Assembly (NCBI GenBank): GCA_037379345.1
Contig: CM074523.1
Span: 30,891,678 to 30,955,677 of the forward strand
DNA length: 64,000 bases
Direction: 5' to 3'
Origin: Perna viridis
Lineage: Eukaryota
The notes beneath the pieces were generated by a model that saw only the letters and a program-made list of their open reading frames with translations, did no database searches and was not told where the DNA came from. The stretch's first letter is position 1. Every line of letters begins with the position of its first letter. Of the stretch, positions 13,338 through 22,800 are shown piece after piece. The position numbers and the translations under genes are program-made.

Positions 13338-13546
13338 TTAATGATTCCCAAAAAAATATATAAATAAAATATTCAAATAGTTAAAAATTATAAAAAAAAA
13401 ACAACCTTTAACAGGCATTTTCTTTACAAAATGTTCTTAATTGGATGTGACCTCTTTAATTCTAAGACTTTAAGTGGAGCTATTACAGAAAATTGTCAAA
13501 CTTAAAAAAAACATCTTGAAATTTTCTCAAGTCCCAAAGTACTTAC

Positions 13547-13598
13547 ACTTGGGTTTGGAGTTGGTCCCTGAAGTCAGTTTGTTCTGGGCCTGATGGTC
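13547..13598 (-). CDS. Exon Q, 52 nt, DFRxxL motif 1 (RPSGPEQTDFRDQLQTQV), phase 1-2
   Basis: ttatag|GA acceptor, GT|gtaagt donor, phases match exons P and R. Confidence 0.88.
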
Positions 13599-14069
13599 CT
13601 ATAAATCCAAAAACAACAATCAAGATTAAATGGAAATCTATAGTCATATATGTTTATTACTATTTTGTTTCAAATCCCTTTGATCTTGCTATACAGTAAT
13701 TTTCAATCTTATGCCAATCAAGAAAGAATGAAAATTACAGCACAGCTGCACAACATACATGATGTTACGTAGCACTCTGCCGAAAAATAGTCCTTAAAGG
13801 AAACTTTGCAGTGCTTATCAAACTTACATATTTAGGTCAGGAAAACTGAAAACAAAAGAAAACTAATACTTTACACTTCTGCAAAACAGCGATAATTTTT
13901 TTTTTTCAACTCCTGGGAGTTTCTCCTGCTCATCTTGTCTCTCATTGAAAAAATATCAAATAATCTAATAATCTCTACATCCACATGAGATTAAAAAAGT
14001 TTGCTATTGCTGATATCATCATTATATTTTACATATAGAAATCTCAATTTAGTTGCCATGGATACTTAC

Positions 14070-14262
14070 TTTTCACCAGGAGAGAGACAGAGACAGTTGA
14101 TTCTCCGTGATCATTCTGAGCTATGACTTTGTAGGTTCCTGCATCTTCAGCTAGGACATCCTGGATGGTGATTGTTGTGTGGAAAAGGTGGTCATCTTGA
14201 ATTGTGTCAATCTGTGTTTTCTTGTCACTAGAAAGTGGCATGTCATTCTTGGTCCAGTGTAC
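14070..14262 (-). CDS. Exon P, C-half of Ig domain 5 (VHWTKNDMPLSSDKKTQIDTIQDDHLFHTTITIQDVLAEDAGTYKVIAQNDHGESTVSVSLLVK), phase 0-1
   Basis: ccatag|GTA acceptor, A|gtaagt donor. Confidence 0.92.
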
Positions 14263-14894
14263 CTATGGACAAAGAAATACCCATGTAAGAAAGTTTTAAG
14301 CTGTGCTTACAAATGAAGTTACTTAAGTCCCCTTACATTCCCAAACAGTTAAAAAAACTATAAAAAAATGAATTAGTTCAAAACCAAGTTCCATTCAATT
14401 TGGTTGAATTTTTAAGACTTTCAAAGAGGGCCCCTATTTTGAATTGTGGCCATATAGAATTTGCAGTTATCTTGGATATTCTGAAATATGTCATTCTTGA
14501 TTCAGTGTATCTATGGACAAAGAAAATCCATGTAAGAATAGTTTCAAATACAACATAATCATATTAATAAAGAGCTGCTCTTTAGTATAAATTTTGATTG
14601 AATAATTTTTGAACTTCTTTGTCTGTTTAAAAAAACTTGTTGATTACCTTTATAAAGTGATTAACTTTTTTAATAACACTTTGACTCTTAATTTTGAAAT
14701 GTTGCCTGCTGCAAAAGTTTTACAGGCTTGGAGTCAGAGAATTAGAAGAGGGTAGTCTCTAGGGTATTATTAGTCATTTGTTCAGGCAAAATAATGCATG
14801 AACACAATTTTTTTTTATTATGTCAAAGTTCTCATATGAAACATTGAAACATGTTAGTTCCTATTTCTCCTGGTCTTTATTCAAAGGTTATTAC

Positions 14895-15025
14895 CTGTGG
14901 TCCAGGATTGGCCACAATTTTGGCCTCGAAGGTAACTCTTTGCCCAACATCAACTGTTTGGAATTTAGGTTTCTGTACAAAGGATGGAGCCATCCATTCA
15001 GGCTCTTCAATGGTTTCTTCTGGGG
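14895..15025 (-). CDS. Exon O, N-half of Ig domain 5 (PEETIEEPEWMAPSFVQKPKFQTVDVGQRVTFEAKIVANPGPQ), phase 1-0
   Basis: ttacag|CC acceptor, CAG|gtaata donor. Confidence 0.9.
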
Positions 15026-15152
15026 CTGTAATAAATGAAACAAATTGTATTTATAGCAGCAGAAGGCCATTTACTCCCCAAATAAGACTGGTTGGGAATC
15101 AAACCTGGGACAATAAGTTTTGTCTTCATGTTTAGTCATTTTTTTCCTTTAA

Positions 15153-15521
15153 GTACTATTCTCTGTAAGAGTCAGGCAGTAGGTGAATCATCGTGGAATT
15201 TAAGTCTTTCCATAAAATCTTATTCAAAATGTTATTTAAAATGCAGAAAAGGCATTCATTACTTTTTAAAGTGTCAGTAATTACAAGTATAAATTAGATA
15301 AAATGCATTGCAATTTCATCATCAAAGGGAGGCAACTCACTTTTTCACTATCATTCTACAGTTACTTTGAACTCACTTTTCTGCATCCTCTGACTTTTCT
15401 AAGACAAACAAACCATCAATTCATCTTAAATAGACCATATGCTTTATGTCCATATTGTCAAATCTGTGTGTTTTTTTCTGAGCATGATTCATTATTTTTC
15501 AATTTTGCCTGATTCTAGTAC
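15153..15521. mobile_element. MITE with family 3-type termini and a different interior
   Basis: ttaa|gtactattctctgtaagagtcaggcagtaggtgaa...ttgcctgattctagtac|ttaa. Confidence 0.65.
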
Positions 15522-15642
15522 TTAATAGTTGAATGTCCTTATTCTGCTAAAGATATTTTGAGACCCAATTATCAAATGGCATTTTAATGGCCTAAATTCT
15601 GTTTGATTTCACTATCAACAATATAACAAACATCTCACATAC

Positions 15643-15945
15643 CGAGCACAACAAGTTCACAGGTTGTCATGGCAGTACCAACATCATTTTTAGCAACAAC
15701 CTTGTACTGTCCAGCATCTTCGGGATACACATCAGCAATGAACAGCGAGCATTCATCACCTTCATATGTGAGCTTGAATTCTTCTGACGGGAATATCATT
15801 TCCTCACCCTTGTACCATGTGACTGTTGGCCTTGGCAACCCAGTGACCTTGCAAACTAAGGTTGTCTGGCCTCCATCTTGTGCAGAAACATCTTGTAAGT
15901 ATTGGACAACTTCGGGAGCTTTGGTTATCTCTTTTTCTTCAACAG
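15643..15945 (-). CDS. Exon N, Ig domain 4 (APEVVQYLQDVSAQDGGQTTLVCKVTGLPRPTVTWYKGEE...YPEDAGQYKVVAKNDVGTAMTTCELVVL), phase 1-1
   Basis: ORF 15635..16003, cacag|CT acceptor, G|gtatgt donor, 303 nt. Confidence 0.94.
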
Positions 15946-16276
15946 CTGTGAAGGAAACATAAGCATACAGTTTCTCATACAAGACAACATTTTTGGCAAG
16001 CACATAAAAACATTTTAAAGGTTTTATTTCAAATAAAGAAATGTACTATATTCTTAAAATATTTTACGCAGCAAAATGTTTATGCTGTGCTGTATACTTT
16101 CTTAAACAAATTCTTAATTCTAAAGAATTCATATTAATTATTCAGATCCATAATTTTGTAACAAATAAATTGAAAGGAAGGTTAACATTATATCAATAAA
16201 ATCATTAAAATCCAGAGCATTTTGGAGTAATCAAACATCATGTCAACAGACTGACAGACAATGTTATACTTTGTAC

Positions 16277-16594
16277 CACAATGCATCAGTCAATAGACAT
16301 CCTATATAATGACACATATTGCATCAGTCAATAGACTGACCTATACAATGACAAACACTACATCAGTCAATAGATAGGCCTATACAATGACACATAATGC
16401 ATCAGTCAATAGACAGGCCTATATAATGACATGTACTACATCAGTCAATAGACGGGCCTATATAATGACATGTACTACATCAGTCAATAAACGGGCCTAT
16501 ATAATGACATGTACTACATCAGTCAATAAACAGGCCTATACAATGAGACATAATGCATCAGTCAATAGATGGGCTTATATAATGACACATACTA
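16277..16594. repeat. Minisatellite, 39-bp unit x about 8, overlapping the exon M donor
   Basis: catcagtcaatagacgggcctatataatgacatgtacta repeated. Confidence 0.92.
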
Positions 16595-16754
16595 AATTCC
16601 AAAGGAGCTTCAGTCTTTTCTTCAGTAATGGTGGTTTCTTCTTCTACTGGAGTTTGTTGTTCTCTTATTTCCTCAACAACCTTCTCTTCTACATCTTCGG
16701 AGGAAACAGAAAGAGATCTTCTTTCTTCGTCAGATATTCTCTCCTTCTCTTCTT
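16593..16754 (-). CDS. Exon M, 162 nt (EEEKERISDEERRSLSVSSEDVEEKVVEEIREQQTPVEEETTITEEKTEAPLEF), phase 1-1
   Basis: ttcatag|AA acceptor, A|gtatgt donor. Confidence 0.88.
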
Positions 16755-17396
16755 CTATGAATAGAAAAAGAACCCATTTTTATTGTGCTTCATTTTCAAT
16801 TATGGACAAATTTAATATTGAAATTCTTAATCATGCTGACATTTTTTTTTATCACGGTGAGATTGTTGTCTCTTTGATATATCCACTGTAGCTGTATTGA
16901 TATAAATATTGAAATTTTAATCATGCCTGAAATACTGAAAGCAATGACATACTGAATATTTGATTGGCAAATACAAAGAAATTTATTTCAAATATTGGAC
17001 TAATTTTGATCTCAAACAGATAGACCAATTGAATAATAATAAAAAATAATAATAAAAGTAGAAGACAAGAACCCTTTTGTTGTAAGGGAGCAACCATGTG
17101 ATTTTTATGGGGGCTAGGATCAAATTTAATGATTAACAAAATCTAAGATGAACAATTGGGTAAATCCAGGCTTGGCTAGAAAAAAAATAAAGTCAAGTCA
17201 GAAATAATACTGAAAAAAATTCAGGACACAAAATTTGATTCTAGCTCCTCCCCATAGAAATCATATATTTGCTTTTATTGTCCGTCTAATTAACATTTCC
17301 AACATCTCTGATTTATTATAACAATCTGTACACCCACATGAAGTGCTGCTGTGCCTGAAACCAGTATCATTTAGTAAATTCTTGTAAAAGACTCAC

Positions 17397-17462
17397 CAGC
17401 AGTAAGTTTCTCTTTCTCTGACAGAGTTTCAGCCAAGGTAAAAGCTGTTTCAACATCCTCAC
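17397..17462 (-). CDS. Exon L, 66 nt (GEDVETAFTLAETLSEKEKLTA), phase 1-1
   Basis: ttttatag|GT acceptor, G|gtgagt donor. Confidence 0.85.
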
Positions 17463-18046
17463 CTATAAAAAAATAAGACAACTAAGTCTACTTTCACTTT
17501 ACAAATGTTCAAACTATTCTTAGAACTGGTAAATTGAACTGAGCAAACTGTAAAAGTCAAAGTGAAAGTAAAAATAATGTGAGTGAAAGTAAAATTAAAA
17601 AGTACCAAAAAAACCACTAAAAGATTAATAAAGATAATCTTAAGTACAGATATGTAAAAAGTAAAAGCAAACAATGTAATTTCATTAATTTGAGAAGTCT
17701 AATTAGTTCAGTGCAATTTAATAGGAGAAAAGACACATCAAGAAAATTTAAATCTTTTTATGACCCTTTCTAGCTAAACTTGCTGCAAACATTTAATTCT
17801 TAAACCACAAGAACCACTAAGCAGCTCATATATCTAGCCAACCAGCTTCATAAACATAATTTCTGCTTAATTTGAACTCATGCCCAAAAATGTTTTCAGT
17901 ACAGAATCACCAAGCTTTCCACTATTTTGACTGAATCAGTGCACTACAACAACTGAATTAAAGACTCATGACATTACTTTTGTCAAAAAGAGGAAAATAT
18001 TAAGAGAAGAATCTTTTAAGAATTTTTCAAGTAAAAATGTCAATAA

Positions 18047-18254
18047 GTAGACCTAGGATAAGGGACACAGCTCTTAAAAATCATTGGAACATTTGTATGC
18101 AGCATTTTACATCTATCTTGTGTAAGCACCTAATTAACTTGAATTGGTTTTATTCTGCTTCAAACAAAAGCTTGAGAGGCTTTGGGGAAATTGAGTATGA
18201 TACAAACATATCACTGGTTTCAAGAGTTATGTCCCTTACCCTAGGTCTACATCC
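18047..18254. mobile_element. MITE family 1 copy (subfamily b)
   Basis: gtagacctaggataagggacac...gtcccttaccctaggtctacatcc. Confidence 0.85.
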
Positions 18255-18915
18255 ATAACTGATCATGGATGTGGAGGCTACTTTATGTAAAGAACAAGTT
18301 TGTTATAATTTTTTGTCAAACAAAAGTTTCATTTTCTAAAGATACAAATATCCTAATTACCCCTTTGCGCCCCCAAACAAAACCCTAATAAACTGGTTTC
18401 ACACCATGCATTCTCGAACATGTACCGTCAATGTTTGAAAGGACATTTCCATTGACAAAAGGCAACAAACCACATGCATCTCATGCAAACTTTGAAGCCT
18501 GCATTTATTTCTAAAAAAATACAAATTCATTTGAAATAAAAATCAATCTGCCATCAGCTTTTAAAGGCCAATAACATGGACATGTGAAGCCATAATTCTG
18601 CCATCATCTTTATAGGCCATGAACAAAGACAAAGTGTGGCCAAAAAAACTAAGCTGTGGTTGAGTGTTATATTTTGGTCAGTAGAACCACACACACAGCT
18701 CTAAATATAGCATACTGTGACTTGACTATGGTAGAGAGGTCTTTCTGGTCAAAATTAAAATCAATGTTAATTTTTGAGTGACAGATAGATGTAATTACAG
18801 GTAATAATTATTGAATGCTAATTTCCCTGAATATTTTTTGTGCAGTAAAACAAATACATCAAAATGAAAAATGAAATAATATACAACCAAAATTTCTTTT
18901 TTATTTTTGGATATA

Positions 18916-19074
18916 CAGTGTAACCTGTCTAAACAGAACCCTTGAACCTGTCTTAACCAGTCACCTTTTTGCATTCTTTCATATAATTTTAGATGCACTC
19001 TGAATATGAGCAACAGGAACACCTGCATAAACTGGACAAAATCTACAGGGGTTGGGTATAAACATGTTTCACTA
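18916..19074. mobile_element. Degenerate TA-type MITE related to 9320..9787
   Basis: ta|cagtgtaacctgtctaaacagaacc...aaacatgtttcact. Confidence 0.45.
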
Positions 19075-19558
19075 ATTTCGACTTAGAAATAAAAATTCTA
19101 ATAAAATATTTTTCTAGCCTTTAATTTTTAGCATATAAGAGTAATGTCAGACAGAATACACATATTACAATGAAACCTGCGTCAACCAAACCCTAAACAA
19201 ATCAAGGAAAGATAACTCAAAGTAATAAATACAGATGACAAAAAAAAAATGCCTTGGGAGAGGGGTGTACATAGGAAACCCTTCCCCTTTTAGAGAAAAA
19301 CTCTGTTAGTTTTGTACACAATTTTGGCCTAGAACACACCCCTTGCCCTTTCTATAAATTTCTGGATGAGAAACCCCTCCATTAGTTTTTGTTAATTTCC
19401 GCATCTGTCCTTGAATAGAATTCAACTAAATTGTTTGGACTTACTTATTTACTTTCCCAACCATAATTGATATATTTAACAAAAAATCTTAAGTTATTAC
19501 AAAAAGATGACAAGACATTTTGACTAATCCCCTACTTCTATACTTGCATAAATCTTAA

Positions 19559-19770
19559 GGCAGAAGACCTAGGGTAAGGGACACAACTCATACAAATCAT
19601 TGGAACGTTTGTATTCAGCATTTTACATCAATCTCATGTCAGCATCAAAGTAACTTGGATTGATTTCATTCTGTTTCAAATAAAAGCTTGAACGGCTTTG
19701 GTGAAATTGAATATGATACAAACATATCATTGATTTCAAGAGTTATGTGCCTTACCCTAGGTCTACCTCC
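19559..19770. mobile_element. MITE family 1 copy
   Basis: ttaa|ggcagaagacctagggtaaggg...cttaccctaggtctacctcc|ttca. Confidence 0.87.
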
Positions 19771-19873
19771 TTCAACGGACAAGTATATAAAAGAAGTTTG
19801 GTATACACAGGTTTCGTTGCCTATTAAAAGACCTCTAACCAACAGCCAAGTCCTATGCTGAGAAATTTACTAC

Positions 19874-22800
19874 CTTTCAATGACTCCTGTTTTACTTCAT
19901 GAAGAGTGGACACTTCAGAAGGAGCTATTTCAATGTCAGAAATTTCTGATTGTAAACTTTCCATTTTTGCCATATCTGAAGAAACTGACTTGTCTTGCTC
20001 TTCTTCTGGTACAACATTATCCAGTTTTTCAGAAATTACTGAAATTTCAGAAATCGCTTTCTCTGGAATGATTTCTGGAATGAAACTTTTCTTGGCTTCT
20101 ACAGTGTCTGTTTTTTCTTCTTCTATCTTTATAACAGTTTCTACCTCCTCCTCAGTAACTGAGGGTTTCTCACTTGGTTTTTCTATTTCAGAAATGACTG
20201 GCGTTTCTTCAGATACCATTTCTGAGGCTACTACTTCTTCTGGTCCAACTGAGATTTCTACTTCAGTTGGTTTTTCTGTCTTGGTCTCAATGACAATCTG
20301 AGACACTTCAGTTTTCTCCTTGTCAACAGAGAATTCAGTAATTTCAGGTTTTTCTTCTTTCACTTCCTTTGAAATTTCTGTTTTTTCGGCTTCTGTTGAA
20401 ATTCCAGTCTTGGTTGGTTTTTCAGTCTTGGTTTCAATGATAACCTTTGAAATTGTTGTTTTCTCTTTGTCCACTGAGATTTCAGTTATTTCAGGTTTTT
20501 CTTCCTGCATATCCTCAGGAATTGTAATGTCTTCAGCAGTTATTGAGATTTCAGAAACTTCCTTCTCTGGAATGATTTCTGGAATGAAACCTTTCTCAAC
20601 TTTTACAGTGTCTGGTTTTTCTTCTATTTTTACAACAGTTTCTACCTCCTCCTCAGTAACTGAGGGTTTCTCGATTGGTTTTTCTATTTCAGAAATGATT
20701 GGCGTTTCTTCAAAAATCGTTTCTGAGGCTACTACTTCTTCTGGTCCAACTGAGATTTCTACTTCAGTTGGTTTTTCAGTCTTGGTCTCAATGACAACCT
20801 GAGATACTTCAGTTTTCTCCTTGTCAACAGAGATTTCAGTAATTTCAGGTTTTTCTTCCTGCATATCCTCAGGAATTGTAATGTCTTCAGCAGTTACTGA
20901 GATTTCAGAAACTTCCTTCTCTGGAATGATTTCTGGAATGAAACCTTTCTCAGCTTCTACAGTGTCTGGTTTTTCTTCTTCTATTTTTACAACAGTTTCT
21001 ACCTCCTCCTCAGTAACTGAGGGTTTCTCGCTTGGTTTTTCTATTTCAGAAATGACTGGCATTTCTTCAGATACCGTTTCTGAGGCTACTACTTCTTCTG
21101 GTCCAACTGAGATTTCTACTTCAGTGGGTTTTTCTGTCTTGGTCTCAATGACAATCTGAGATACTTCAGTTTTCTCCTTGTCAACAGAGATTTCAGTAAT
21201 TTCAGGTTTTTCTTCTTTCACCTCCTCGGAAATTTCTGTTTCTTCAGCTTCTAATGAAATTTCAGTCTCGGTTGGCTTTTCAGTCTTGGTTTCAATGACA
21301 ACCTTTGAAATTGTTGTTTTCTCTTTGTCCACTGAGATTTCAGTTATTTCAGGTTTTTCTTCCTGCATATCCTCAGGAATTGTAATGTCTTCAGCAGTTA
21401 CTGTGATTTCAGAAACTTCCTTCTCTGGAATGATTTCTGGAATGAAACCTTTCTCAGCTTCTACAGTGTCTGGTTTTTCTTCTTCTATTTTAACAACAGT
21501 TTCTACCTCCTCCTCAGTAACTGAGGGTTTCTCACTTGGTTTTTCTATTTCAGAAATGACTGGCGTTTCTTCAGAAACCGTTTCTGAGGCTACTACTTCT
21601 GGTCCAACTGAGATTTCTACTTCAGTTGGTTTTTCTGTCTTGGTCTCAATGACAATCTGAGATACTTCAGTTTTCTCCTTGTCAACAGAGATTTCAGTAA
21701 TTTCAGGTTTTTCTTCTTTCACTTCCTTTGAAATTTCTGTTTCTTCAGCTTCTAATGAAATTTCAGTCTCAGTTGGCTTTTCAGTCTTGGTTTCAATGAC
21801 AACCTTTGAAATTGTTGTTTTCTCTTTGTCCACTGGGATTTCAGTTATTTCAGGTTTTTCTTCCTGCATATCCTCAGGAATTGTAATGTCTTCAGCAGTT
21901 ACTGAGATTTCAGAAACTTCCTTCTCTGGAATGATTTCTGGAATGAAACCTTTCTCAGCTTCTACAGTGTCTGGTTTTTCTTCTATTTTTACAACAGTTT
22001 CTACCTCCTCCTCCTCAGTAAATGAGGGTTTCTCGATTGCTTTTTCTATTTCAGAAATGACTGGCATTTCTTCAGAAACCGTTTCTGAGGCTACTACTTC
22101 TTCTAGTCCAACTGAGATTTCTTCTTCAGTTGGTTTTTCTGTCTTGGTCTCAATTACAATCTGAGATACTTCAGTTTTCTCCTTGTCAACAGAGATTTCA
22201 GTAATTTCAGGTTTTTCTTCCTGCATATCCTCAGGAATTGTAATGTCTTCAGCAGTTATTGAGATTTCAGAAACTTCCTTCTCTGGAATGATTTCTGGAA
22301 TGAAACCTTTCTCAGCTTCTACAGTGTCTGGTTTTTCTTCTTCTATTTTAACAACAGTTTCTACCTCCTCCTCAGTAACTAAAGGTTTCTCGATTGGTTT
22401 TTCTATTTCAGAAATGATTGGCATTTCTTCAGAAACCATTTCTGAGGCTACTACTTCTTCTAGTCCAACTGAGATTTCTTCTTCAGTTGGTTTTTCTGTC
22501 TTGGTCTCAATGACAATCTGAGATACTTCAGTTTTCTCCTGGTCAACAGAGATTTCAGTAATTTCAGGTTTTTCTTCCTGCATATCCTCAGGAATTGTAA
22601 TGTCTTCAGCAGTTATTGAGATTTCAGAAACTTCCTTCTCTGGAATGATTTCTGGAATGAAACCTTTCTCAGCTTCTACAGTGTCTGGTTTTTCTTCTTC
22701 TATTTTAACAACAGTTTCTACCTCCTCCTCAGTAACTGAGGGTTTCTCACTTGGTTTTTCTATTTCAGAAATGATTGGCGTTTCTTCAGAAACCGTTTCT

